This document shows positions 12,231-25,524 of a stretch of 64,000 bases of DNA, in pieces. The notes below the pieces were generated by a model. It had not been told where the DNA came from and did not search any database. It worked only from the letters and a program-made list of their open reading frames with translations. Each line of letters opens with the position of its first letter. Within the stretch, counting starts at the first letter, position 1. The position numbers and the translations under genes are program-made. Location: positions 52,519,902 to 52,583,901 of the forward strand of contig NC_068984.1 of the NCBI RefSeq assembly GCF_001194135.2, read 5' to 3'. This DNA comes from Octopus bimaculoides (Eukaryota).

Positions 12231-14289
12231 TAGCCATGCCCTCCCCACATACCCACAGACACATAATCTGTTCTCTCTCAAAACTACCCCACAACCCATC
12301 TTACCAAAACCCCACAGCCCACCACCAGCAGTAGGCCCTTCCACTATCCCTTACATGCCTACCCATACACTCTCCATTTCCTCATATCTACCATAGCACC
12401 CACCTCTAGTCACTCCTGTTTATCACCCCATCACTTGCTACAGTCACCTCTTCCTCTGTCTCTAAACATCTCCCCTCACACTCTTATGGAACATCCCTCT
12501 CTGTCCCTTCTGTATCACTTCTCTCTTACCTTCTATCTATCTTTCTTTCTAACTCTAGCTTTCCCTCCTCTCCTTTCTTTTCCAACTGGGGAAACCAAAC
12601 ATCTCATCTATAGTAAGACACCTATCTCTATCCTTCCAATATACTTTAACCTCTCAACTGGCACAAAGCCACCTCCCTCTGTTCCACTTCCTCTCCCAAC
12701 TGAGAGGTTTTCATCTCACAAGTTACTTGGCAACCCTGCTGATGTTGGTGCTACATAAAAAGCACCAGTGCCAATTCCACATAAAAAGGCACCCAGTACA
12801 CTCTGCAAAGTGGTTGGTGTTAGGAAGGATATCAAGCCATAAAGACCATGCAGTTCTTAACTTGTCTTGCCTAGCTCCTGTCAAACTGTCCAACCCATGC
12901 TTGCATGAAAGATGTATGTTAAATGTTGATGATTATAAATATTAATGTGCTTTGTTAAGGAGGTATAATGAGTCTGAAATATGCCTATTGTTTTCAGTAT
13001 CTGGCTTTAAAAACAGATCCATTTACATTGTCTATTGCTGTTCCAAAATTTTGATCACTTAATTTTCTTAGAATTATCTCTCTTGTTTTTCTTTTCTTTA
13101 AACAAAGATTTCAAGCATCTTTAGAAGGATTTTTGTGTAATTGTTTGAATACTCTCAGTTGATAGAAGTTTTCCATCTTACAATATTACATGTGTGGGAC
13201 CCTACTATATTAGTTTTTGTAGGACCATTTATACTGATGTGGTCTATGTAGTTTGAAATTGTGAAGGTTGGTGCATGGAGGGAGATCATAAGCCAATGAG
13301 GGAACCTCTACATGGTCAATGAACCTGCTAGAAACAGCATTTGAATACTCTTCCATCTTAAAAAATGGAAGAACATATTGAATAATGTAGTTCTAGATAC
13401 ACTGTATCTGAATAAAATATGAAATAGTCATGACTGAAATGCTTTTAGCCATAGGTCTATTCAAGCTGACTTAGGGGTAAACAATATGAGAAGAAAGGGA
13501 GTTCCAGTGGGTTACAGTTTCTAAAGTTTACGGTGAAGTACTCAGTAAATAAAAGGTGATCGAATTGGTTGGTGCAAAGCTATTTAGTTCAATTGAAACT
13601 ACACCAAAGTAGACAGTGGAACATGGTGCAATCTTTATATCCATCAGATTCTGTCAAACTGCTCAGTCAATGCCAGGATGGGACATCCTCATCATCATTT
13701 AATGCTTGTTTTCCATGCTGGCATGGATCATTTGACATGGAACTGATGAGCTGCAGTACAGTGTCAAACTCTACTGTTTGCTTTTGCATGATTTCTAAGG
13801 CTGGGTACCCTTCCTAACCTAACCACTTTACAGTGTACAGGGCGCTTTTTTTATGTGGTACCAGCAAGCAACTTGCAAAACAAAACCTTTCAACAAAAGT
13901 ATTGAGACAGGATGGCTTTGTGCCATGTGATGAGAGGTTAAAGTATGATGGAGGGACAGAAACAAATGCTTTGCTGCGGAGGAAGTACATGGTTACCTCA
14001 GTTGGAAAAATGAGAGAAGAGAGAGAAGATGGTGAAGCTGTGTCAGGGTGTATCCTCAAGTTACAGGGAGGAACAATGATGTCAAATGATGATGTTGACG
14101 GTGGTGGTGGTGGTTTTGCTGCTGCTGCTGTATGATGATGATGATGAAAGTTTAGGAAATTTATACTTACTTTGTTTTATGAATCATATTCGTGTTTAAC
14201 AAAATTACAAACAACACATTTTTTCAAGATGTTCAAGCATTAGTATGGAATTTCTATTTCTGGTGTGCTCATAATACCTACTGCTCCAG

Positions 14290-14860
14290 TGCATCTGTCA
14301 CATACGAAGCTTACTTTCTATGTTAATTTGCCTGTGATTCAACTACACTTCTTATGTGTCCATAGCTTACAATGGGCACAGCACATGAAGTTTATACCTA
14401 CTTCTTCCCAGCATATCAAACAAGATCATTTCTTCTAAAGGTACCAAGTTCTTGACTTCTTTCCTACTTAGTAAAACGTTAGTCTTTGCTAAGTTTATAT
14501 GGAGGCCTAATGAGTCTAAGTTTAGCTTCCTCTCTAATTCCCCTATGAAAACTAAGTCATCAGTACAGAGGAGTTCCCATGACATCCAGTCTTAAACTCA
14601 TCTGTGATGGCCTGTAGGACTACGATGAAAAGGAGAGGACTAAGGATTGCATCTTAATGAACTCCTACCTTCATGCTATATTTATTGATGAAACTGTTGT
14701 TGACTCTTATTTTATTTACTGCATCTTTGTTCACAGCTTGTACAGCCTCACAAGCCATTCATCTACACTTAGTTTCCTTAGTGACCACCAAATAATAACT
14801 GAATATGGTATTCTGTCAAACACCTTCTCCAAATCAACAAAAGCCAGATACATCTTTGTT
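14290..14860 (-). mobile_element. Decayed RTE-clade RT fragment
   Basis: SPLLFIVVLQAITDEFKTG.SWELLCTDDLVF...LGLHINLAKTNVLL, homologous to the copies at 820-2253 and 10840-12230. Confidence 0.8.
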
Positions 14861-15944
14861 CTAAATTCTTAAAAGTTTTTTTTTTAATTAGTTTCAGCTC
14901 AAGGATTGTTTTTTTGTTTTTTTTTTCTTGTTGATATTTCTTTATAAAGTGCACAAAATTTTTGCTTGTTCCCCTGGGCACCATCAAGACAAAAAGGTTA
15001 AGAACCACATATAGGATAAGAAGGTATTTAAGCAAAAATCATACAGCTCTATTTTGAACTATAAATGCTTGGGTTTTAGCTGTTATAGTTTAGCCCAAGT
15101 CAACCCCAAATGAACAAACTTAAAATGTATTTTGGTTATGAGCATCCTATCTTTTTAGGAGTATGTGAGACTACATTATCTAATTATGCAATGTGTCCTT
15201 TTCTTATATAAGCTTGTAGTGTGTGAAATGTGAGAGATTTAATTGGTCTTTCTAGCACACTGGGTGACCTTAGAGATGCTCCTGCATTGGGATTTTTGGT
15301 GTAAATTGTAAAGAATGTAGCCAGTCAGTAACTGGTGATATTATCTTACAAATGTTATTTCCTTTTAACTTTTTTTTTATATCTCTCTATTGTGATCAGA
15401 AAGATGATGTTGAACCAATCAGATACCTACTGTGTGAGAGGTTAATGAGTAGTTCATTGGTTGAGTGTAGAGGCCAGTAGGTAAAGTAGGTGTTAGGAAA
15501 AGAGAGAGAGACAGAGAGAGAGATGTGTTGTTTGGTGAATTAGTCTCTATAAGATATGTAACGATATACAACCAGAGAGATATGGCTGTCTTTTTAGGTC
15601 ACTTGGTGAACGTGTTTATGTTTGTGTCATTAATGTAGGAATGTGTTAAGATAATATCGAGATAGGTTGTTTGTGGAGAGTTGAAGAACTGAGTTTTATG
15701 TTATTGTGAAATTTAAGGTTTATGGGGGCAAAAGTCTGTATCTGGTGAGAAGCTTTTGCAGCTGCTGTTGATGTTGCTTAGTTCAAGGTCAGCCTTCATC
15801 AAAAACATTTCTAGGCATGATCACTTCTTCAAGCATAATATATCTACGTCTGCATTGTCCAAGCTGCCCTTTTTTAAGGTGGTGTAATGTGTTTGAGTTT
15901 GACTTGGCTGTTATTTCTAGCAGGTTGAGTAACTGCTTTGAGCT

Positions 15945-16255
15945 GAGGTTCTCAACCATTTTTTTAATCTATGAACCCCTTTGATTACTATTTTACTCTG
16001 GTGGACCTGCAAAACCATTCAATTTTTAAAAACTAGCTTTATAGAAACTTCCTTCAAAAGTCCTATTGTGTTGGTTAAACTATGTAAAATGTTAGAGGAG
16101 GAAATCTAGCTGTTTCTTGCAGTAAATACATCAAATGCAAAATGTTTTCGCAGACCCTTAATATACTATTGTGGGTACCCAATTTACTGTTTTGCCTGTG
16201 TGGACCCTGCCAAAATCTTATATGAACCCCAAGGGGGTCATGCTTGGAGAAAACA
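15945..16255. mobile_element. hAT (Charlie-like) MITE, degenerate
   Basis: Left end GAGGTTCTCAACC and internal GGACCCTGCCAAAATCTTATATGAACCCCCAAGGG, as in the intact copy at 56544-56795. Confidence 0.55.
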
Positions 16256-17499
16256 TGAGCAACCTATTTTGCAAAGTAGACTGCATGCTCATCATCAGGC
16301 AACCTATACTACTAATGAATTTCAAGGTAATATCTTACTGGGTATGCCTTTCAGAAAGTTCTGTAGGCCACTGTTTGCCCATGATTGGCTTAGAGCCTCA
16401 CCCGTTGGCTTTTGTTCCAATTCAACTGATACAGTAGACTTACAACCATTATTATCCCAATCATGACCATTCAGTTTTTATTTTAGACAAAGTGTATCAA
16501 AGACTACATCATCCACATTCAAACATTTTTTTAAGATGGTAGGGTGATTTGGCTTCTATTTGTGGCAGCAAGTCGAGTGACTACATAAAGATTCCCTCTT
16601 TGGCTTGGAACTGCTTCTGCAGTTAATTTGCTGTGGTGAGCGAGTGTATTAGTATGGATTGTTTAGAATATGTACACAGTTTGCCTGAAGTATAACTTGT
16701 TTGTTTTCTCTATTACATATGTTATTTATGTCCTATGAAACGATCATGGTGAGAATACTTCGAGCATATTGTCTTACACAGTAGTTAGTGTTAACATATT
16801 TAAAGTAGAGAAAATATTATATAACTATATACAAGTTAGTGTTAACTCATTAAAGCAAAGAAGTACACTCTGTAGCCAAATAGAATTTTGAACTAACATA
16901 TTTAATGCAGTGAACATATTAACTACAAAGTAGTTAGATAATATGTTCTCTACAATAAATGTTAGCATATTATCCAAGAAGCCTATTATCCAATTATATT
17001 ATCTAGCTGCATAAAAGTTAGTGTTAACATATTTAATGCAGATAATATCTAACTACATAGAGATTGTACAGTTGTTGCCAGCTGTCATTCACAAGCACAT
17101 ATGGCTCGGTAACAACTACCATGCTTTTTGGTAATTGTTATACATGCTTCTGTTGTGAGCAGACATAGACATCCTCTCAGCCCTCTTCACTTTTGAACCA
17201 ATCAGGATGTAACAGCTGGGAGAAGAAGAAAAGGGCTGCACTAACACACTGGCTAGTATTCACTGCAGGTGAAAATACTTGAGCAACAGGAAATTTAATT
17301 AATAATTTGGTCAAAAGCAAAATGCATCATGCAGTCCAGGAAATGAACCTTGTTCAATTCCTGGACTGAATAAAACATGCTCACCACTAGGCTACATATT
17401 TTTACACACAGAATTTGGTATTTAGATATTTAATATAAGGAGCTTATTATCTTACTATAAAGAAATTTGTGTTAAGATATTTAGTATAGGAAGCCATCC

Positions 17500-18000
17500 A
17501 TCTATCTTCTTCACCCACTATTCCTGGGAAGGTCTCCTCTATAAGGTCTATCAGAAGTCATTAGACTGGAAGAATCCATCTTGCAATTCTTTACTACCAC
17601 ATTCTAATCACATCCATGATACCAGAGTTGTGACTTTTCAGCACAGAGAAGTAGCAGTTGATCTGGAGAGACTCCCTAATCTTCAAGCTATGCACCCTGT
17701 TGAGTAACGTTACCCCAGAGATACTTCAGAGGAACCCTATTTCAGCCTCTTGTATTAACAATCATACTCTTTCAATCATTACCCGACATTCATGACCATA
17801 TTTGAGGATGGACATAAAAACCAAATTGAAGATAACAAGCTTGGATGTTTTAACCAACCACTCCTCTTTTGAGGAATGAATGCCGGAACTGGTACATTAC
17901 TGTGTCAGCACTTGCCATTCTAGCATTGAATCCTCCTATTTTCCATCACTTGTGAATACAGCTTCAAGATACTGAAACAGGAAAATATAGGAGGCATATT
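17500..18000 (-). mobile_element. Highly decayed BovB-like RTE LINE 3' ORF fragment
   Basis: Degenerate translation follows the RTE C-terminal pattern (...LKYLWG..VT......L.......LLLL....QL.W.G...V.....SS.......Y.G.LP....). Confidence 0.5.
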
Positions 18001-18323
18001 ATTTAAATACATAGAAATTCTTCCACTGCTTCATGCAAATGAAGTTACATAGATTCCTAAGAGCCAGTTCTATAACCAATATACGTTTTACAAAGAGATA
18101 TGTTATATACTTAATTACAGAACACAAACTTTTGATATCAATTTTGGTGACATTCGAGAAATTGTATAATTTGCTTCATGGGTTGTTATAAACTAATTGA
18201 TTAACCTATACATATGTATATGTTGAAGGAACTGTTTGTGTCATATATCTGCTCATGCAAGAGAAACGGTTCAGCTGCACCACATGCAATTCAATTTTCA
18301 ATACCGTCTTTTTGGAATCTTAC

Positions 18324-18408
18324 CATTGCCTGATACCTATGCCTTCAATATAAGTCAATTGGTACGTTTACAATGGCGGTTGTAGTATATATTTACAGTT
18401 TACTTCAT
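18324..18408 (-). other. Candidate 85-nt exon of an unidentified minus-strand gene (5' UTR exon ending in ATG, or terminal coding exon)
   Basis: Acceptor TCTTATTTCACTCTATTTTTACTAAATCAG| and donor GCAATG|GTAAGA; all three frames contain stops; lies in non-repetitive sequence. Confidence 0.3.
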
Positions 18409-20682
18409 CTGATTTAGTAAAAATAGAGTGAAATAAGAGATGCTTGTTATATTTCTGTATTTGCACTTTGTTTTTTTTTTGTTTATTTGTTTCACTTTAT
18501 AGTTGAAGTAGGATCGAGTATCCTTTTGTGCTCAGTCACTCATACTGCAGTCTGCATATTATTTTCAAACATTGACTTTATTTAATTGCACATCTAATTA
18601 GGTTGCAAGCTACCAAAACTATTTTTTATCCTTTCATTTACTTCCTCTTACTACTTACATGTCAGTTATAGTGCTATAAGATTTCCTTACAAACTTAGGG
18701 AATAACGCTGTGAAAATAATCAAAGACTAAGGGTGGTAGAATAAAACTATCACCCAGTTTAGCATCACTATTTAGTCCTTAAGTGTCTTTAGCAGAGTCC
18801 ACTCTATTGCAAGTATTCATGACCAGATCACTCTAAGAATAACTTCCAGCCTTCCTACTATCATTCCTCATCTAAGTACTAAAAATAAAAAACAAAAAAA
18901 AATGGGAATATTTATTAGTTAAGATAAGAAACTATCAAAATCAAGTGTGAAAATCTATTTCTGTAAATTTCAAATACATACTGCTTTACAAGAAACGAGT
19001 GTCTCATATGTAAAACACTAATTTATGCATGATGATGATATGATTTTTTTCATTTTTTTATTTTTTGGTCTTAGTAATGTCTCAGAGATATTATTTCTCT
19101 GGTTCCATTCACTAGTTTTTTTGCTAAGATTGATCTTTTTTTCTTTTAACCATTTCATACTCTACAGAACATTAGTCTGTTCACACAATGATTTCTGGTT
19201 TCTTCGAACAGTTTTCATAGCATGCCAGATGAGAAGTTTGCTAGTCCTTCACTCAGTCATTCTCCAATTTAAGGAAACAGAACATTAAGAGTCTCTCTTT
19301 CCTATGACTTTCTCACAATGAAGTGCAGCTGATACTGTGTGTGTGTGTGTGTGTGTATGTGTGTGTGTGTGTGTATGTTAGGAGGGGATAGAGAGAGAAA
19401 AGAATCAAACTTGTACTTGAATGGTAACATGGTAACAATCATGGAAGTATGAAAGAAAGTTATCTTGGCTGGATTTTAACTTAAAGACAAAGAATTACCA
19501 CAAGGTATTTCTCTCTGACTTAACAATTCAGTCAACTGACCAGCTTTACATTCATGAACACATTCACTTTTAGTTTATCTTTGCTTTAACCTTTTGCTTG
19601 TTTCAGTCATTGAACTGCAGCCATGCTGGAGCACTGCTTTGAAGGGATTTTCGTCAAACAAATCAACCCTAGTACTTATTTTATCTTTTTAAACCTTGTA
19701 TTTATTCCATCAGTCTTTAACTAGTTTCAATTTTGGAGTTGTGGCCATGTTGGGGCATTTCCGTTAAACTATTTAGCATTTGCCTGTTAACTTTTTTATG
19801 ACTCTTTCTACAATTATTACTTGACCTTCTTTGGTAAAGTAGTTTTGATTATCCTCTCTAATTACCTCAGAAAAGAAACAGTCATATGATTTTTGTCTTG
19901 CTTAAATTCTATTTCAATACATAATGGTAATGGAATTAATGAACTAAATATATTCATCATTTATCTTTTACTTGTTTCAATTATTGGACTGCGGCCATAC
20001 TGGAGCACCATTTTTAACTGAACAAATTGACTTCAGTACTTATTTTTTAAAGTCTGGTACTTATTCCATTGGTCTCTTTAGCTGAAACTGCTAATATGGG
20101 AATGTAAACAAACCAACATTGGTTGTCAAGGGGAGCAGGACACACATGCATATGCATGCGTGCATGTGTGTGTGATGGGCTTCCATGTAGTTTCTTTCTC
20201 TCAAATTCACTCACAGGCATTGGTTGGCTTGGGGTACCAAGCAGTGAGACTGAATTCAAGATCATGTGGTTGCAAAAGTGAGCTTCTTGGCCACACAGTC
20301 ATGCCTGCATGTTATTTTACACATGTAAGATAATGTATATAGCATGTAGATATGTTTCAGTATATTTAGACTCACATTACAAAAATAATATTAATGTTAT
20401 AACAGCAAATATTTCCTACAAGCCAAGGAATAACAACTGTGGCCATTATTAAAGCCAACTAGTTTCTTTATTTTCATCAGGGGAGGACTGAAACCACTTG
20501 ATTCAAAAATCGAAACATAGAACTGCTTATGAACAAGCAGTGTCTCAAGCATAGATAAGTTTATCTCAATTTTTTGCTTTAGTGAACAATAACATCATTG
20601 ATTACTGGTTTCCAATAGGACAATCATTGATTCACAGTATTCTAGGCAGTTAAAGTAGTAAAGGATTGTCACTAGAGAACTC

Positions 20683-20866
20683 TCTTTTACTCTTTTACTT
20701 GTTTCAGTCTTTTGACTGTGGCCATACTGGAACACCGTCTTTAGTCGAGCAACTTGACCCCAGGACTTATTCTTTGGAAGCCTAGTACTTATTCTATCGG
20801 TCTCTTTTGCCAAACCGCTATGATACGGGGACGTAAACACAGACACACAAATACATACACACATAC

Positions 20867-20907
<41 letters not shown>

Positions 20908-21070
20908 CGACGGGCTTCTTTCAGTTTCCGTCTACCAAATCTACTCACAAGGCTTTGGTCGGCCTGAGGCTATAGTAGAAGACACTTGCCCAAGATGCCA
21001 CGCAGTGGGACTGAACCCAGGACCATGTGGTTGGTAAGCAAGCTACTTACCACACAGCCACTCCTACGCC
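20683..21070 (-). mobile_element. Young, near full-length tRNA-derived CORE-like SINE
   Basis: Complete tail, internal (TA)/(CATA)n, GACGGGCTTCTTTCAGTTTCCGTCTACC, CACTTGCCCAAG (CORE-like CTTGGGCAAGTG) and tRNA-like head; most CpGs retained. Confidence 0.85.
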
Positions 21071-21399
21071 TACTGCAAGGAATTTTGTCCAAAAAGCCCT
21101 TGTTTTTCAGTTTCTTGCTGCTGTTCAACCCTTTAACATTTAAACTGGCCATATTCGGTCCAAATATACTTCCTGTTTTATGTTCAAAGCAGAAGACTTA
21201 GCTTCTCACACCTACTTTACAATGTCATTTTTAAATAAACAATTAAATCATCAAAATCTCAAGTTCCAAGATAATGCATGATTAATTTAAAGGAATGTGA
21301 ATAAAATCACATTACATTTGAGAGACTAATCTGAATGCTAAAAGGTTAAATCCTCTGACAATATACATCAGCAAAGGACACACACATACAAATAATATA

Positions 21400-21725
21400 T
21401 ATCATCATCGTTTAACATCTCTTTTTCTATGCTGGCATGGGTTGGATGATTTAACAGGAACTGACAAGCCAGCGGGCTGCACCACGCTCCAATGCATACT
21501 TTGGTATGATTTCTAAAACTGAATGTCCTTCCTAATGCCACAGCACTGGTAATGTCACCAAATACTTGCAAGACCTCCTTCCTACCACTCAACAGAGGAT
21601 TCTGAAGGTGGGTATAGTATTGAAGGATGTGAAGATATAATAGAGGGACAGGAACAGGCTTCCCCAACTGGAAAGAAAGAGATGTTAAGTGTGTACCCTC
21701 AAGGTACAAGGTGACCAAGGTAAGC
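21400..21725 (-). mobile_element. RTE 3'-tail element
   Basis: (CAT)n CGTTTAACATC...GCATGGGTTGGA... and a body shared with 6060-6420 and 13690-14070. Confidence 0.65.
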
Positions 21726-22048
21726 ATGAGTGAGAGAGAGAATTGGAACAGAGGAACAGAAGGAGAAGGTTAGCAGGTAAGCTTGTCAGAGTGTGACAGG
21801 TGATTAGAAATGGAGAGTGAAATGGATGTAGAGAGTATCATTTGGTGTGGAGAGAAAGAAATAGGAGTGTGTCAGGAAGGATGAGGAGGTGATAAGGGTA
21901 TAGTCATAGAGATAAAATATAAAGTGCAGGTGGATAAATGGTATTAATTACAGCACCTGAGTGACTAGTACAATAGTTAGAAGACTGATGAAAGGATGGG
22001 TGTTAGAAGATGAATTGTTGGAGAAGGCTTGACAGAACCTCATTTTTG

Positions 22049-22084
<36 letters not shown>

Positions 22085-22090
<6 letters not shown>

Positions 22091-22275
22091 ATTGTAACCT
22101 CGTGGATATCGTTGGCGATTTTTTCTTCCTCCGTCTTCCCTTCTTTGGACTGTCCTATGTTTCCGACGAAGAGCTCCGCTCGAAACGCCAAATTCTCTTT
22201 CTTTCCTTTCCCAAGTGTCCAGTAACACATCCTCATGTTGTTGTTTTTTGCCGTTTTTCTTTTTTGAACTTTATA
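22085..22275 (+). mobile_element. Penelope-like pLTR fragment in (TA)n containing a degenerate hammerhead core at 22158-22194
   Basis: TTT-CCGACGA-A-GAGC TCC GCTC-GAAAC-GCC-AAA; flanked by (TA)n on both sides. Confidence 0.55.
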
Positions 22276-22750
22276 TATNNNNNNNNNNNNNNNNNNNNNN
22301 NNNNNNNNNNNNNNNNNNNNNNNNNNNNNNNNNNNNNNNNNNNNNNNNNNNNNNNNNNNNNNNNNNNNNNNNNNNNNNNNNNNNNNNNNNNNNNNNNNNN
22401 NNNNNNNNNNNNNNNNNNNNNNNNNNNNNNNNNNNNNNNNNNNNNNNNNNNNNNNNNNNNNNNNNNNNNNNNNNNNNNNNNNNNNNNNNNNNNNNNNNNN
22501 NNNNNNNNNNNNNNNNNNNNNNNNNNNNNNNNNNNNNNNNNNNNNNNNNNNNNNNNNNNNNNNNNNNNNNNNNNNNNNNNNNNNNNNNNNNNNNNNNNNN
22601 NNNNNNNNNNNNNNNNNNNNNNNNNNNNNNNNNNNNNNNNNNNNNNNNNNNNNNNNNNNNNNNNNNNNNNNNNNNNNNNNNNNNNNNNNNNNNNNNNNNN
22701 NNNNNNNNNNNNNNNNNNNNNNNNNNNNNNNNNNNNNNNNNNNNNNNNNN

Positions 22751-22786
<36 letters not shown>

Positions 22787-22794
22787 TATATATC

Positions 22795-23205
22795 ATCATC
22801 ATCATCATTTAACGTTTTTTTTTTATGCTGGCATGGGTTGGACGTTTTCACAGAAGCTGACTTGCTGAAGAGCTGTTCAGGCTCCATGTCTGTTTTGGCA
22901 TGGTTTCTACATCTGGATGCCCTTCTTAATGCCAACCACTTTGTAGAGTGTACGGGATGCTTTTATGCAGCACCAGTATGGGTGCTTTTTACATAGCACC
23001 AGCACTTATGAGCCCACAAGGTTAGGGATGCTCTGCTGGAGAGGGTTGCAAGGGATGAGCCTGTATACAAGGGCAACCATGCTTTTACCTAGCTTGATGT
23101 GTCTTTTCAAGCACAGCAAACTGTCGAGAATCTCAGTCCCCCGTGATCCCCTCTGTGAGTTCCAACATTTGTAGATCATTTCTCACCACTTTGTCCCACA
23201 TCTTC
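22795..23205 (-). mobile_element. RTE 3'-tail element with ORF-end remnant
   Basis: (CAT)n TTAACG...GCATGGGTTGGACG, then ...TTCTCACCACTTTGTCCCACATCTT (reverse of the KTWDEVVRND-like ORF end). Confidence 0.7.
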
Positions 23206-23429
23206 TTTCTAGTAAAAATCTGGTAACTTATGTATAAGAGCTCTTATGTCATTATTTGACTGAGCAGCATTCAACTGTATAATAATTATAAAGAGCATTC
23301 TTCTATAATGATCTTTGAATATAAACTCAGCAATTTAAAGCTGGGGTGTGGTACAGAAACAAACGTGATTTACTTTCTATTAAAGCCTGTTATTTTTGAT
23401 CCTCATGTTATATTATCCTTAGTTGCCAT

Positions 23430-23620
23430 GATTGACCTCTAAATCCACAAGTTTTTTAATTCTTTCTCTGTTTATTTCCTCCGTGTTCCTTTCTGTTGAA
23501 GAGTGTAGGCTCGAAACGTAAAATACTTTCTCACCTTCCTGAGTGTCAAACTACTACACCTGCTTGTTGTTTATAGACCTATCTTCGTCTTTTGTTTTTC
23601 TGTAAATTTCAACTATATAT
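23430..23620 (+). mobile_element. Penelope-like pLTR fragment containing a minimal hammerhead-like core at 23489-23524
   Basis: CTTT-CTGTTGA-A-GAG TGTAGG CTC-GAAAC-GTA-AAA followed by T-rich sequence and (TA)n. Confidence 0.55.
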
Positions 23621-23634
23621 ATATATATATTTTA

Positions 23635-23800
23635 CACTCTCGGAGTGATCGGCGTTAGGAAGGGCATTCAGCTGTAGAAACTCAGCCAAATCAGATTGGA
23701 ACCTGGTGTAGCCATCTGGTTCACCAGTCCTCAGTCAAATCATCCAACCCATGCTAGCATGGAAAGCGGACGTTAAATGATGATGATGATGATGATGAGA
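23635..23800 (+). mobile_element. RTE 3'-tail element ending in (GAT)n
   Basis: CTCGGAGTGATCGGCGTTAGGAAGGGCATTCAGCTGTAGAAAC...GCATGGAAAGCGGACGTTAAATGATGATGAT. Confidence 0.8.
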
Positions 23801-24904
23801 TATATATATATATATATTATGGGATTCCATACTATTTTCATTTACTAAATATCTTTCACAAGGTATTGTTTAATGTGACGCCATGGTAGAAGACCTTTTT
23901 CCCAATTTACCATGCAGTAAGATATAAGATCATATCTGGAACCGCATAGTTGCAAAGCAAACTTTCTATGCACTCGATTTCAAACTCATTGCATAGACAT
24001 CAGTGTATTTTGTGTAATAAATTCAATATTATTATTCTGCATCAGAACTAAATAAGTTTTGAGAATATTGATATGTTATAAGCATTAAACACAGTTGTCA
24101 GTTGCATTTGTGCTATCTCACAAAGTTTATGCTCAATCTTTTGATCTTTATTTTAACACTTTATGTGTTCATTTTCCATACTGACAGAGACAATCAGTAT
24201 TTTATTGTATGTCTAGAGTTGGTTTGGCTCAGACAGGTCTGCAACAGATCATGTCTCTATTCATCTTAAAGTGTTACTCTCTCATCTATGAGGCACAATG
24301 TTCTCATGTCTGACCTAAGACAAACTTGCTGGCAAGTCAAAGCTATTGAGCAAATGTTTTCTTTCACCATATGACTTTTCAATATGTATTGTACTAAAAT
24401 TAATGAAATTATTAAAGCCTAAAATAGGGATTGGATGGAATGTTTACAACACCAGCTCCATTTTAACTCTTGGCACTCTTCTGAACTGCCAAGTTTGGCA
24501 CACAGCCTGACTGACTTTCTTTGACTGTTTCTCAACACCTGACCATCAAATTATCATAGATTCCTTAATATCGCATGAACATATTTTCATTTCTACTGTT
24601 CGTTTGCATATCTGTATCTTCTTTTGGAATTTAGCCAAATCTATTTAAAATATGCATGCGTCGGTGGCAGTAGTAGATTGTTAACATTACAACTGGCAAT
24701 TGTGGCTGCAAGACTAATTATTCCCTTTGGCAACATGTCTTTCTTTCCAGTTTCACTCTTAACACACTTTGTTCCACTACTTGGCTCATTCTTTTTAATT
24801 TGCTCTCAATCTCCCCCTATCTCTTCATTTCATTCTTTTTCCTCCCTCTCTTTTTGTATGTGTGTGTATGTGTATGTATGTATACACACACACACACATA
24901 CATG

Positions 24905-24939
<35 letters not shown>

Positions 24940-25524
24940 TGTTCTCATTTATTTGCTCCTTTGCTTTGTCTTATCAAAAAGGGATATTTTGGAAATATAT
25001 TACTTATTTATATTGCTTTTATGTAATATCCCTATAGGAAGCAATTTGTTGGCGTGATGGATTGATACTAATATAGAATGTTAATGGATTAATGGTAGTA
25101 TAGAACTAATATAAAATAATGCTGATTAGTTTGTGTAAGCAGTGAAGAATCACCGCCACCAGACAGTCTGCTTCAAAGTCTGGCAAGGTAAGATGTAGGA
25201 GAAAACTAATAGCCTGGAGAGTTGCACATGTCATTAATGTATTAATGGTAGAAGACATCAAGGAAGCTGTGTTAAGAAAAACAGGAAGCATTTTTCATTT
25301 ATTAAAAAGAGTGACAGTAGAGCACTGTGATATATGATAAGTTATTGTTGTCATAAAATGCTATAGACTTTTTGTAAAAATAACTATCACTTGGAACCAA
25401 TCCAGGATGTTTGGTGTGTGGAGAGAACTCTAAACACTGATGTGTTAGCAGTACTCTCTAAAATCTATTCACAGTAGTCAGAAAGTTTGTTGAAAATAAC
25501 CTTAGTTATGTTATATTATTTATT

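Noticed and set aside
16200-16466. 88-aa ORF with an internal AAG|GTAATA donor
   Set aside because: Its 5' part is the right arm of a hAT MITE; no acceptor and no recognisable homology.
16780-17050. Degenerate AGTTAGTGTTAACATATTTAA repeats; small tandem duplications at 29230-29310 and 29460-29530
   Set aside because: Local slippage products with no structure suggesting function.
18231-18361. Plus-strand exon alternative (NCLCHISAHARETVQL...) with a GTACGT donor
   Set aside because: Poor acceptor; it overlaps a better-supported minus-strand exon.
25125-25192. Plus-strand exon candidate ending GCAAG|GTAAGA
   Set aside because: Weak acceptor, and the phase-compatible downstream exon turned out to be transposon-derived.
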